Shown: positions 15,464-27,882, counted from the first letter of the whole stretch. The stretch is DNA of 63,628 bases, filler included, from Octopus bimaculoides (GCF_001194135.2; 7 parts of 7 records of this genome joined end to end with filler, not necessarily neighbours in it); one strand, 5' to 3'. Program-made: numbers and translations. Notes: generated from the letters alone by a model not told the origin.

Positions 15464-15635
15464 TCATAACCAAGCCCCAGAGTCGTTCTCAAGCACGGCT
15501 GCCGCATCCATGCGTCTCATTGTACGTAAAATGTTCATCAGGTCTGTGACAGCTGTGTCCTCTCGGTGCCGTGCCTCCCAGAGATCGAGGATGTGTTCTG
15601 TTGGACTTTGCTTCGTTGCAAAGTAATTTATGTAC
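15464..15635 (-). CDS. unc5: UNC-5 netrin receptor, terminal coding exon (C-terminal half of death domain)
   Basis: Minus strand: pyrimidine tract and acceptor ttgcag|G, then phase-2 frame (R)YINYFATKQSPTEHILDLWEARHREDTAVTDLMNILRTMRRMDAAAVLENDSGAWL-TGA (172 nt). The Y-x-NYFATK-x-SPT-x-x-ILDLWEAR motif is the UNC5 death-domain signature. Confidence 0.95.
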
Positions 15636-15680
15636 CTGCAATGACAATAAAACCAAAAATAGAAACAAAATAATAATAAT

Positions 15681-16110
15681 CCTTTCTACTAAAGGTACAA
15701 GGCCTGAAATTTGTGGGGAGGGGACAAGTCGATTACATCGACCCCAGAACTGAAGTGATTTATTGACTCTGAAAGGCAAAGTTGACCTCAGCAGAATTTA
15801 AATTCAGAACGTGATGACAGATGAAATGCAGTTAAGCATTTTGCCTGGCATGCTAACAATTCTGCCATCGCGCTGCTGCCACCCCCACCAACAACAACAG
15901 TCCTTTCTACTAAAGGCACAAGGCCTGAAATTTGGTGGGATGTACTAGCCGATATCGACCTCCAGTGTTTCACTGGTACTTACTTTATCGATACTGATAT
16001 GATGAAAGCAAAGTCGATCTTGGTGGAATTTGAACTGAGAACCTAACGACATGCAAAATACTGCTAAGCATTTTACCCAGCATACTAATGATTCTGCCAG
16101 CTTGTTGCAT
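15681..16110 (-). mobile_element. two tandem SINE family A copies (15681-15880, 15901-16110)
   Basis: Reverse complements of the 3550 copy; the first tail ends about 30 nt from the unc5 terminal-exon acceptor. Confidence 0.85.
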
Positions 16111-16133
16111 TAATAATAATAATAATATAATAT

Positions 16134-16420
16134 AAATGCCCTGATGCAGTACCAGGAATTGGCTCTCATCGCTTCTGATCTTAATTGATTGGAAGTGTTA
16201 TCATGTATATTGTTTTGTCTTGGTATAAAAGATGGGCTACAGCAAATATTCCGCTCAATACCACAGATTTGCTTGTCAGTTGTTTGACTTTAATCAGTTG
16301 AGCATGTCCTTTGGTGGCTGACGATATGTGCAGAAGTAGTGGGGCAGCATCATAGCCATGTGTTGAGAAGAATTCTTTGGTGTTTGAATAGTTCACCTCT
16401 GGAAACATGGGTGTTTCCTG
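16134..16420 (+). mobile_element. element X, 5' portion (non-coding, (TAA)n-associated)
   Basis: Starts AATGCCCTGATGCAGTACC just after (TAA)n; 16170-16415 matches the reverse complement of 44985-45215. Confidence 0.75.
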
Positions 16421-16800
16421 GATCAGAGACTAAAGAACATCTATAATCATTAATACTAGCTACNNNNNNNNNNNNNNNNNNNNNNNNNNNNNNNNNNNNN
16501 NNNNNNNNNNNNNNNNNNNNNNNNNNNNNNNNNNNNNNNNNNNNNNNNNNNNNNNNNNNNNNNNNNNNNNNNNNNNNNNNNNNNNNNNNNNNNNNNNNNN
16601 NNNNNNNNNNNNNNNNNNNNNNNNNNNNNNNNNNNNNNNNNNNNNNNNNNNNNNNNNNNNNNNNNNNNNNNNNNNNNNNNNNNNNNNNNNNNNNNNNNNN
16701 NNNNNNNNNNNNNNNNNNNNNNNNNNNNNNNNNNNNNNNNNNNNNNNNNNNNNNNNNNNNNNNNNNNNNNACATTATGTATTAAATATCAAAACACATTG

Positions 16801-17135
16801 TTTATTTTACCATTTTTTTCTTATATTTTACTTGTGTCAGTCATTAGAATGTGGTCATGCTGGGGCACTTTTTTATTTTTAAGCCTGGTACTTATTCTAA
16901 GTTATGTCCTTGTTAAGTTACGGAGATGTAAACACACCCAAACCCAAGATGTCAAGCAATGTTGGGGGACAAACAGACATAGACATACAGACATGCACAC
17001 ACATATGTGATGGGTTTCTTTCGGTTTCCATCCACCAAATCCCCTCACAAGGCTTTGGTTGACCCAAGACTATACTAGAAGACACTTGCCCAAGGTGCCA
17101 TGCAGGACTGAACCTGGAACCATGTGATTAGGAAG
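16801..17135 (-). mobile_element. SINE family B, 5'-truncated
   Basis: Matches full copies at 39886 and 46065 (agaagacacttgcccaaggtgcca). Confidence 0.85.
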
Positions 17136-17599
17136 CACAATAATAGAAAATGAATAATAACAATAATTCTTTTTTGGGACTGATGTTATCAACCAACCCC
17201 TCCTCTCAAAATTGGGAATGAATGCCAGAAAGAAGGTGGGACAAGTCATGCTGGCTCTGGGAACATAAAGAAAAGCATTTTCTTCAAACTTTCATTCATT
17301 TTAATGTTTCAAAAGAAAGAAAAAAAAGAAAAATTCTAAGACTGAAGGAAACCGGCTCAGTTTACCAGATGATTGCTGGAAACGAATAGCTCTGAGTACT
17401 GGAAATAAAAATCTTGAAAGGTTATAATGTTTTGAAGAATAACTCTACATTTGTATTGAGTCTTGTAATTCATTGCTTCAGGTGAATCAACACACACACA
17501 CACACACTTCGTGATCGATCAAACTGTTGGAAGTTGTTATACATTGCTGGTCACAAAGTACTTTTGCATTGTTTTAGCTTTCCAATTATGCCACCTTTC

Positions 17600-17790
17600 T
17601 GGCTAGGTGAGTAGGCCAACATTGCCCCCAATCAGGTGGCTAGCCTGTTGCAGGGTTACCCATTTACAGCTGAGTGAACTGGAGCAACATGACATAAAGT
17701 GTTTCACTCAAGAACACAGTGTGCTAATCAGTCCAGAAATTGAACCCATGATTGTGAGATTGTGAGTGCAATCTAATAACTAGACCACAC
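17600..17790 (-). mobile_element. SINE family F fragment
   Basis: cagctgagtgaactggagcaac...aagaacac shared with 39545-39850 and 46985-47200. Confidence 0.7.
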
Positions 17791-17791
17791 A

Positions 17792-17826
<35 letters not shown>

Positions 17827-17899
17827 CACACACACACACACATGCATACATACACATGATGGACTCTCCTATCAGTTTTGATGTATGAAGATCCAACAA

Positions 17900-18220
17900 C
17901 CTATACTTTCTTTGCTAGTCATAATGCTTATGTCAAGCATGGCATTTGAGTCCCACCAGCAATTTGCAAAGAAGCTGTAGATGTTGCAAATATGAGGATT
18001 ATGGGTTAGTGATGATGGTATATTTACAGCCACTTTTCTCCTGGTTGTAATAAAGTCTCTTATACCATTTTGATAAGATGGTACCCATTTCGTTCACTCC
18101 AAGGCTGTTTGCTAAAAGGTGTTGTTGTGAGCTATATTGACTGCTGAGAGGTTACTCCTCAGTTTGTCCTTATATCTAAGCCATGATTGACCAACATTCC
18201 TGTGCCCATTATCAAGCTTT
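17900..18220 (-). mobile_element. RTE-clade LINE 3' end, decayed
   Basis: Minus frame LDNGHRNVGQSWLRYKDKLRSNL resembles the RTE GxRxxGxxxxRYKDxLKxNL C-terminal block; several stops follow. Confidence 0.7.
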
Positions 18221-18842
18221 ATATATGCATATAGTGTAACTTGTGTGTACAAATACATGTGTACAACTGCTACTGTTGAGTTGAGAGTGCCACCTAGATT
18301 ATCCTCATCCTGTCTGCTTCAAGTATAGTGGTTTGGTTAGCTGTATACTTTATAGTATTACCAGTTATGATACACAGAGTAAATGGAGGAGAAATTCAGA
18401 TGAACACTAATTTATATCATTTGTGTAAACAAATGATATAAACTTATGATTATCTTAATTTCTGCATATATAAGCACAGGGGTTCACTTATGCTTGTACG
18501 ATAATGAAATACAATCAGTACACACTGTGAAATGGTTGCCAAACAGGAGCAGACAATGTAGAGTCGTAGAGTCAAGAGGACTCTTGTCATTTCAGAGACA
18601 TGACAACCTCACTAAAGCTGGCGCTACATTAGAATGTACCTGGGAGACTAGGATATATGTGTGTATGTGAGAACATGCATGCACACACACATACATGTTG
18701 TTCACTTATAATGAAAACAATTTTACATTAATGTGAAGAGTTACTATATACTTTTGAATATATATATCTAAGTATATATTTAGTTATGATGTAAATAGGA
18801 AAAAACGGAACTCAACATGTGTATATGTATATTTTTATCAAT

Positions 18843-18950
18843 ATTTAGCAGAAACAACAGAGTGACTCAAGGGCTGAGAGTTTCATATGTTGGCACCATT
18901 TCTCAAGTACCAATGCATGAAAGTCTCTTGCTCTGTTGCTTCTGCTAAAT
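18843..18950. repeat. about 110-bp palindromic mini-element
   Basis: Arms atttagcagaaacaacagag / ctctgttgcttctgctaaat, plus inner tttcatatgttgg / ccaatgcatgaaa. Repeated at about 19391-19498 by the gap-flanking duplication. Confidence 0.75.
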
Positions 18951-19510
18951 AATAATAATAATCTTTACTACTGTAGGCACAAGGCCTGAAATTCTGGGAG
19001 AGTGGAATGGACATCGTTCCCAGAGCATAACTGGTACTTATTTCATCAACCCTGAAAGGATGAAAGGCAAAGTTGACCTTGGCNNNNNNNNNNNNNNNNN
19101 NNNNNNNNNNNNNNNNNNNNNNNNNNNNNNNNNNNNNNNNNNNNNNNNNNNNNNNNNNNNNNNNNNNNNNNNNNNNNNNNNNNNNNNNNNNNNNNNNNNN
19201 NNNNNNNNNNNNNNNNNNNNNNNNNNNNNNNNNNNNNNNNNNNNNNNNNNNNNNNNNNNNNNNNNNNNNNNNNNATTAATGTGAAGAGTTACTATATACT
19301 TTTGAATATATATATCTAAGTATATATTTAGTTATGATGTAAATAGGAAAAAACGGAACTCAACATGTGTATATGTATATTTTTATCAATATTTAGCAGA
19401 AACAACAGAGTGACTCAAGGGCTGAGAGTTTCATATGTTGGCACCATTTCTCAAGTACCAATGCATGAAAGTCTCTTGCTCTGTTGCTTCTGCTAAATAA
19501 TAATAATAAT

Positions 19511-19891
19511 CTTTACTACTGTAGGCACAAGGCCTGAAATTCTGGGAGAGTGGAATGGACATCGTTCCCAGAGCATAACTGGTACTTATTTCATCAACCC
19601 TGAAAGGATGAAAGGCAAAGTTGACCTTGGCAGAATTTGAGCTCACCACTTTCTTAATAATGATAATAATAATCCATTCTACTATACGTGCAAGGTCTGA
19701 AATTCTTTTGGCGGGGTGGGGGATAGTTGATTGTATCAAACCCTAATGATTCACTGGTACTTAATTTACTGACCCCAAAAGGATGAAAAGTGAAGTTGAC
19801 CTCGGTGGAATTTGAACTCAGACTGTAGCGGCAGATGAAATACCATTAAATATTTCACCCAGCATGCTAATGATTCTGCCAGCTTGCCATC

Positions 19892-19978
<87 letters not shown>

Positions 19979-20191
19979 GTTTCAAATTTTGCCACAAGGG
20001 TAGCAATTTTGGGGGAGGGGTCAAGTCAATTACGTCAACACCAGTGTTTCACTGGTACTTGATTTATCGACCCCAAAAGGATGAAAGGCAAAGTTGACCT
20101 CAGCGGAATTTGAACTCAGAATGTAAAGACAGATGAAATACCACAAAGCATTTCACCTGGCGTGCTAATGGTTCTGCCAGCTCACTGCCTT
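19511..20191 (-). mobile_element. three tandem SINE family A copies separated by (TAA)n
   Basis: Copies at about 19511-19645, 19675-19893 and 19980-20191, with TAA tracts at 19498, 19657, 19893-19977 and 20191. Confidence 0.85.
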
Positions 20192-20214
20192 AATAATAAT
20201 ATTTTTAAATGATT

Positions 20215-21680
20215 GATGTAACTCCTCACAAAGGTAAATAAACAATATGAAGAGCACAATATGATTGCAAGAGATGCTTTATTGGTTGAATGTCATTTTG
20301 ACAGCAAGCCTGTCTTTGTCGAGTTCAAAAGGAAAAGTGATACATGGAAATTCAAAATGATAGAAATTCAAAATTTGTATGAGGCAACCAGTGTTCCCAC
20401 ATTGATGGAAGGACATCATCAGTCTTCAATTTTCAAGTTTACAACTGGCAAAAAGAAAATGAAATAAAAAAAGGGGGGGGGGAAGGACGAAAGAAGAATA
20501 TTTAATCAAACAGTTTTGTGTAAATATGATGAAATTCTCCTGTCATTTTATTTATCTCTCCAGGGCGTGATGTTAATAACTCACAAACATATTTCTCCTA
20601 TGCTTACTGCTTACTGAAAATAAAAATGATGATGATGATTGAATCTGGCATAACTGGGCTGAAAAGCATCCCAATTGATATCCAGATAAATCGTGCATGG
20701 TTAAAGGAAAATGCAAATGACATAGCTAAGATTAGCAAGGTAAGTCAAACTTTCACACATAATTTTAGCAAACAAAGTACAATATATAGGAGAATTCCTT
20801 TAGTGATTAACTGGCACTGAACTTTTGCTGGCATTTCAAAAGTGTTGCATGAAAGTTATCAGCATGTTGCAGAAAGTATCTTCGTTTCAAATATATATTT
20901 CCTCAGCTACCTATTGTAGCCTTTACATGGAATAAAAATATAAGAGAACTATTAATCTCTACTTCTAACTTCAAGAAAACTAACATTAAAGTGTCTGCAT
21001 GCTGTATCTTGAAAAACAGCTGCAAGAGGAGCCCTGTTCATTGTGCAAAAACAGGAGTCATCAATTCCATGAGGAATCATAACAGAAATATTATGATTTA
21101 CATGGAAGGTCGGATGTGTAGAGATCCTTATTTGGTGTACACAGCAGAATGCACCAAACACAATTTATGTTGGTTGTACAATAGAACAATTAAACAAACG
21201 ATTAAATGGGCAGAGATATGATGTCAGGCACAATAATAGTAGTTCACCAGAACTTGCCAAACATTTTACATCAAATGGCTACAATTTTGAAAAAGACTTG
21301 AAAGTGCATATTCTCATAATATATTCTGAATCTGATACACTTTCAGTCCTCAAAATGCATGAGGAGAAACATGTTTGTGAGTTATTAACATCACACGCTG
21401 GAGGGATGAATAAAATGACAAGAGAATTTCATCAAATTTACACAAAACTGTTTGATTAAAGGTTCTTATTTGTCCTTTTCTTTTTTCCAGTTGTAAACTT
21501 GAACATTGAAGACTGATGATGTCATCCCATTAATGTTGGAATGCTGGTTGCCTTGCTCAAATTTTGAACTTCTATGTATCGCTTTTCATTTTGAACTTGA
21601 CAAAAACAGGCTTGCTGTCAAAATATCACTCAACCAATAAAACAACTATTGCAATCGCATTGCACTCTTTGTATTGTCTA
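20215..21680 (+). mobile_element. Penelope-like element relic: GIY-YIG endonuclease flanked by inverted pLTRs
   Basis: Frameshifted ORF about 20640-21459: RRIPLVINWH*TFAGISKVL / IFPQLPIVAFTWNKNIRELL / LVYTAECTKHN / YVGCTIEQLNKRLNGQRYDV...ELAKHF...EEKHVCELLT...GGMN. 20215-20470 is the reverse complement of 21470-21680. Confidence 0.88.
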
Positions 21681-21701
21681 ATAATAATAATAATAATAAT
21701 G

Positions 21702-21748
<47 letters not shown>

Positions 21749-22109
21749 CATACATTTACACAGACACATTAACATGCATACGAAGACTAGTATATATGAA
21801 TACATGAGAATGAATATAATCAGAAACATGTATATATATGTACATAGATGCTCAGAGATGTGAAAACATAAATCCATGCTTATATTAACATTAACATGCT
21901 GGTATTGGTGAGATGAGATTTGTAGAAGTTGTTTTTCTACAGACAAGTGCTTGGTTTGCTCCCCACCCCCAACCACGATCATATTAGAAGTAATAAGACT
22001 GTTGAATACTGGGACTTTGGATTACTGGACAAGGTAAAGAATGTTACCATTTTTGCTCAAGCAGTGTTGAATGAACACATGCAGAAACAACACACATACA
22101 CACACACTC

Positions 22110-22394
22110 TCATCCTCATCATTGTTTAACGTCCACTTTTCCATGCCTGCATGGCTCAGATGGAATTCACTGAAGTAGGATGCTTTTCCTGTTGCTAACC
22201 GTTACCTACTTCCAAACAAGGTAATATTTCCCCATGGCTGGACATATTTTCAACAATAAAACTGGAAATGAATCACCATCCATTAACGTCTGTTCTCCAT
22301 ACTGGCATGGGCTGGAATGGCTTGACTGGAGCTGCCAAGCCAGAGGACCAGGTTTCAGTTGTTTGTTTGCCATAGAAACTTTGACGAACCATAC
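22110..22394 (-). mobile_element. SINE family C-type 3' segments, decayed
   Basis: tcatcattgtttaacgtccacttttccatgc and ggcatgggctgg motifs. Confidence 0.7.
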
Positions 22395-23355
22395 NNNNNN
22401 NNNNNNNNNNNNNNNNNNNNNNNNNNNNNNNNNNNNNNNNNNNNNNNNNNNNNNNNNNNNNNNNNNNNNNNNNNNNNNNNNNNNNNNNNNNNNNNNNNNN
22501 NNNNNNNNNNNNNNNNNNNNNNNNNNNNNNNNNNNNNNNNNNNNNNNNNNNNNNNNNNNNNNNNNNNNNNNNNNNNNNNNNNNNNNNNNNNNNNNNNNNN
22601 NNNNNNNNNNNNNNNNNNNNNNNNNNNNNNNNNNNNNNNNNNNNNNNNNNNNNNNNNNNNNNNNNNNNNNNNNNNNNNNNNNNNNNNNNNNNNNNNNNNN
22701 NNNNNNNNNNNNNNNNNNNNNNNNNNNNNNNNNNNNNNNNNNNNNNNNNNNNNNNNNNNNNNNNNNNNNNNNNNNNNNNNNNNNNNNNNNNNNNNNNNNN
22801 NNNNNNNNNNNNNNNNNNNNNNNNNNNNNNNNNNNNNNNNNNNNNNNNNNNNNNNNNNNNNNNNNNNNNNNNNNNNNNNNNNNNNNNNNNNNNNNNNNNN
22901 NNNNNNNNNNNNNNNNNNNNNNNNNNNNNNNNNNNNNNNNNNNNNNNNNNNNNNNNNNNNNNNNNNNNNNNNNNNNNNNNNNNNNNNNNNNNNNNNNNNN
23001 NNNNNNNNNNNNNNNNNNNNNNNNNNNNNNNNNNNNNNNNNNNNNNNNNNNNNNNNNNNNNNNNNNNNNNNNNNNNNNNNNNNNNNNNNNNNNNNNNNNN
23101 NNNNNNNNNNNNNNNNNNNNNNNNNNNNNNNNNNNNNNNNNNNNNNNNNNNNNNNNNNNNNNNNNNNNNNNNNNNNNNNNNNNNNNNNNNNNNNNNNNNN
23201 NNNNNNNNNNNNNNNNNNNNNNNNNNNNNNNNNNNNNNNNNNNNNNNNNNNNNNNNNNNNNNNNNNNNNNNNNNNNNNNNNNNNNNNNNNNNNNNNNNNN
23301 NNNNNNNNNNNNNNNNNNNNNNNNNNNNNNNNNNNNNNNNNNNNNNNNNNNNNNN

Positions 23356-23569
23356 TGTTTGTGTGTCTGTGTTTGTCCCCCCAACATCACTTGACAACCG
23401 ATGCTGGTGTGTTTACGTCTTCGTAACTTGGCGGTTTGGCAAAAGGAGGCCGATAGAATAAGTACTAGGCTTACAAAGAATAAGTCCTGGGGTCGATTTT
23501 CTCGACTAAAGGTGGCGCTCCAGCATGGTCGCAGTCAAATGACTGAAACAAGTAAAAGAGTAAAAGAGT
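23356..23569 (+). mobile_element. SINE family B 3' half with (GTAAAAGA)n tail
   Basis: Near-identical to the reverse complement of 39886-40090. Confidence 0.9.
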
Positions 23570-23589
23570 CTAAAGCAATGTCCATTTAC

Positions 23590-23735
23590 CGTTCTCACTG
23601 GAGCTATTAAGGAAGATTTTGGGCATCATTTCTAACAGCTGCTTCTTGCACCCCTTTTGCCCTATCACTCCACCATTCCTGTTTAATTTTCCTTAGAGCA
23701 ATCTGCAGTTGCTCTTTCAGCTTTCAGTAAGATTC
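23590..23735 (-). mobile_element. RTE LINE endonuclease-RT linker fragment (inverted)
   Basis: KLKEQLQIALRKIKQEWWSDRAKGVQEAAVRNDA resembles the RTE linker LRxxKxxWWxxKAxxxQxAAxxND. Confidence 0.65.
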
Positions 23736-23744
23736 ATTTATGAC

Positions 23745-24039
23745 ATTTATTTAGCTGTGAATAAGCTGAATAACAATAAGTTTCTAGGATCTGATGGAAT
23801 CTATGTAGAGGTCTTGAAATATGGGGGTAACAAAATGTTTGAACTCTTAAATAAGTTAATTTGTCACTGTTGGAGAACTGAGAAAGTGCCTCAAGATGGA
23901 CTGATGTCATTTTAGTCTTCTTGTATAAATCGGGGCCAAAGGATCTGTTTGGTAATTTTCGTGGGATTTTGCTTTTGTCTGTAGCTGCAAAGATATTTGC
24001 CTGCATTCTGTTAGAACATTTAAACACCGTCATAGTTCC
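23745..24039 (+). mobile_element. RTE-clade LINE reverse transcriptase N-terminal fragment
   Basis: LAVNKLNNNKFLGSDGIYVEVLKYGG...CWRTEKVPQD and LYKSG...GNFRGILLLSVAAKIFACILL. Confidence 0.88.
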
Positions 24040-26385
24040 TGTTGTGATGAAAATCATGACACCCAACTGTGAGAATAGACTTGACCGAATGATTATAAAT
24101 AGTAGAGGTCTGAGTGAGAGACCAGACAGAGTAGGTGTTAATCGCAGGAAGTCGTAAGGTGTTGCTTTCGTAGTTTATCAGAATATCGTTTGTTGGTTTG
24201 TGTATAGTTTGTGGAAATAATGTTGGATTGTTACTTTGTTGTATGTTTCATTGTTACTACTTGTAAAAGAAGCATTGCTATAACAATTGGCGATACAACA
24301 ATATTGGCGACGAGGATTCAAAGCTCATGAAGGTCAGTTAACATATTCTTGTGACACAAAGTTGTTAATTATGGAAAACCTATTAGGTTCTGTAATTCAG
24401 TTGCAAAAGCAACAGCAAGAACACCAACAGGAGTTGCAGAAACACCTACTACAGCAACAAGAAAAACAACAACAGCTATGTCTTAAGGAGTCCAGAAATA
24501 CTGTAAGTTTGTTCTTGTCAGATGCTTCAAATATCGGAATTCAGAGGAGGGTATAATGTTTGCCGTGTACTTTAGAATGTACAAAGAAATCTTCAAAGAA
24601 GATTGCAAGTTGTGGATGGACAACAAAAAAGTAAAACTATTATTATGTAAGTTAGCGCCAGCTGAACACGAAAAATATTGTAATTTCATCCTATCCCCAA
24701 AAACTAGTGAAATTTATCTCCAGGAACTACAATCAAAAATATTCAGTGATAAGAGTTCCAATGGGAGTGTTGGAATCTACTTAAAAAAGAGGATGAAGAT
24801 TTTGTCATGTATGCCAGGACCATAAACTGAATATGCGAAAGGTTTAAACTGAAGGAACAAACTCCTGGTATGTTTAAGTAGCTCATTTTTGTATAAGGGC
24901 TTATGGCAAACAAGATGTGGAAATACATACAAGAATTCTCACAAAACTTGAACAAGCAGACCAAAGTTTAACCTTGCAGATAGTTGCAGAGGAGTGTCAA
25001 AGAATGGCGAACTTATGTCAGGATGTAAAGAAAATTGAAGAGAAGGAGTTCTCACAAGTACAAGCATGTTGATCAGGAAGGTTTAAACAAAAAAAATTGT
25101 TATGACTAAACCCATGCTATGGATGTGGAGCCCTATATTTAAGGAAGGATTGGCCTTTCAAAATGCAAAACCGTCACAGTTGTTAAAAAGTAGGACACAA
25201 GAGCTCACATTGCAGAGCAAAGTTAGGAAGGTTGAACATAAAAAATTCTAAATTTTACCCAACGGAAAGTAGAAGCAACACCAAGAGGAAATTTGTACAT
25301 GTAAAAGTAAAGAAAGTGAATATCAAATGACAACTAGATACTGGTAGCGACATCTCAGTTATTAAAACCAACACATAGAAAAGAATTGGGAAACCTACGC
25401 TAAGAAAGACATTAAAAATTGCATGAGGTATGACAGGTGAAAAACTACAATTTGTAGGTAAAATGTGGAGTGATATCACATTTTGGGGAAAAACCTGTAG
25501 AGCAAAAGTTTTCATGGTAAAAAAACGCAACCAATCTGTTCAGTATGGACTGGTTGGAGTTGTTAAACTTATGGGACCTCCCCATAAGTCTGTTCTGTAG
25601 AAAATAAGTGGCTGTCCCACCAGTGAAAATAACTCATCAGCTGAATTGAAGAAAATATTAAAAAACTTGTTTCCCGAAGTGATGTCTGATAAATTAGGTA
25701 TCTGTTCTAAGACTAAGGCCCGTTTCCAAATAAAGGAAAACATTGTACCTGTATTCAAGCCTAATAGAAAGGTACCATTTGGTGTAATAAAGCAGGTAGA
25801 GGAATAATTAGACAGACTAGAGAAGATGGGAATTATTCAAAAAGTAAATTATTCTAAGTGGATAGCACCAACTGTGTGTATTAAAAAAAATCAGGGTGTG
25901 TGCCAATATTTCTACTGGTTTGAATAACTGTCTAAAAATGTGACACTAACCACTGCCTAATCTGGAGGATATTTTAGCAAAATTAAATGGCGGAAAAATA
26001 TCTTTGAGACTGGATCTATCTGATGAGTTTCTACAAATTAAAGACGATGAGGATTGCTCGAAGCTTCTAACAGTGAACACACTCAGAGGACTATTCAAAT
26101 ATAATAGATTGTCGTTTGGTCTGAAGGTCACACCTGCAATAATGGGTTATGGATGCGATGTTGGTGGACAGTCAATTTGCAATTCCATGCCTCAATGATG
26201 TATTAATTAAAAGGGAATCTCGTGATCAACATATCAAACATGTGAAGTGGGCTTTTAAAAAAATAAGAGATTACGGTTTCACACTCAGTGAGGGGAAATG
26301 TGAATTCTTTTTGCGTAAAATTAAATATTCAGGACAAATTATAGATAAAAATGGAAGACGACCTGACTTGTTGAGGGCAGACTGA
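24040..26385 (+). mobile_element. Ty3/Gypsy (Mag-like) LTR retrotransposon, 3'-truncated and decayed
   Basis: 5' LTR 24040-24300 bounded by TGTTGT...ACAACA; PBS TGGCGACGAGGAT at 24305, complementary to tRNA-Ser(GCT). Gag KVKLLLCKL...EHEKYCNFIL, zinc-knuckle relics, protease LDTGSD, RT GLFKYNRLSFG...CLND...KCEF. No RNase H, integrase or 3' LTR seen. Confidence 0.92.
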
Positions 26386-26671
26386 GTGGGTTTTTTTACA
26401 TGGCGCCAGCACTGATGAGGTCTGTTTTTTGGCAGGATATTATCATAACAAGATATAACACAGGTCTCCAGTTTAATCCTCCACAACGTCAGAGGACATT
26501 GAACTGTTAGAATTATCAGTGTGTCAAACAAAATGCTCTGTGGCATTTCTTTTTGCCTTTCATCCTTTAGGAGTTGATAAAATAAGGTATTAGTTGAGTA
26601 TTGAGGTGAATGTAAGGAACTGACCCTCGACCCCAAAATTTCAGGATTTGTGCTGACAGGAGGAGTTATTA

Positions 26672-27100
26672 TATGCTTGGCTTTTGCTTTGTATTTATAC
26701 AAGTTGACTCCAAGTCTCCCCCAGAGACCTCAAAAGACAACAAGTTAGAAGTTCAAGTCAGTATTATGACTAGGGTGCCATATTTCTTGCTTTTGTACAG
26801 AGCATTGTTCAATGTCTGTCAAAATATAAGAAAATTAAAAGTTTGTTCCCGTGGACACTATTTTTTTAATTTCTTCCATTTTTGGATTACTTCATGTATG
26901 GGATTGCTAACAATCAGCCCTTTTTTGCTATCATTCCTAAGGCACTGTCATAGGTATTGTTCTAGTCTTGAGGCTCCACAATTTGCCAATTTCTATTTCT
27001 AGATCTTTATATTTGCTCAGTTTTTGGCAGTTCTTAACATAATTTTATGGCGATTGGGATAGTCATATCAATGAGGAGACATGATTTTCATCTGAAATTA
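26672..27100 (-). mobile_element. R4/Dong-clade non-LTR retrotransposon 3' end (restriction-like endonuclease)
   Basis: LLIDMTIP...KLSKYKDLEIEIGKLWSLKTRTIP...ALGMI; a TAA tract at the 5' junction and a short TAATAA at the 3' end. Confidence 0.8.
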
Positions 27101-27117
27101 TTATTATTATCATTATC

Positions 27118-27337
27118 TAGATGGTGAGCTGGCAAAATCCTTAGCATGCCAAGCAAAATGTTTAGCAGCATGTCTTCCAACTCTTTACATTCTGAGTTCA
27201 AATTCTGTTGAGGTCAACTTTGCCTTTCATCCTTTCAGGGTTGATAAAATAAGTACCAGTTGAGCACTGTGGTCAATGTAATCGACTCATCTCCACCTCC
27301 CTAGAAATTGCTGGCCTTGTGCTAGCATTTAAAACCA
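27118..27337 (+). mobile_element. SINE family A copy followed by long (ATT)n(AGT)n
   Basis: Aligns with the 3550 copy. Confidence 0.85.
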
Positions 27338-27367
27338 TAATAATAATAATTGTTGTTGTTATTATTA

Positions 27368-27482
<115 letters not shown>

Positions 27483-27882
27483 CAACAGCAATAGTAGTGA
27501 CATATATGCATATACAGTATTACATACAGTTAATAAATGTCTTAAGTGAAGCTTCAACAAAGTTTGTGAAAATGTTAGCATATAGCAAGGCTCTCTATAT
27601 TATAACTATGCCTATAACCACAATCAATGTTATCATCATCGTTATTAATATTTTAATAAGCAGTAGTGGTAGCAATGGCAGAGTGACATAAGTAAATATC
27701 ACATACACTTAATAAAATACTATTTTTACTAAGGCATCAACAAGATTGTGAAAATATTAGCATACAGCAAGGCTCTATATTAAGACTACACCTATAACTG
27801 TATCCATTATTATTATTATTATTATTATTATTAGCAGTAGTAGCAGTAGCAGCAGTGTGACAGATATATTACGTATAGTTAC

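Noticed and set aside
18727-19631. 357-bp direct duplication (18727-19083 = 19275-19631)
   Set aside because: Identical copies on either side of a gap; most likely an unmerged contig overlap.
15681-20191. Regularly recurring repeats resembling a CRISPR-like array
   Set aside because: Units are about 200-bp diverged SINEs separated by microsatellites in eukaryotic DNA; no constant short repeat with unique spacers.
20564-20739. Apparent host exon (cag|...MMMMIESG...ISK|gtaagt)
   Set aside because: The frame continues into the Penelope RIPLV block, so it is part of the PLE relic and lies antisense to unc5.
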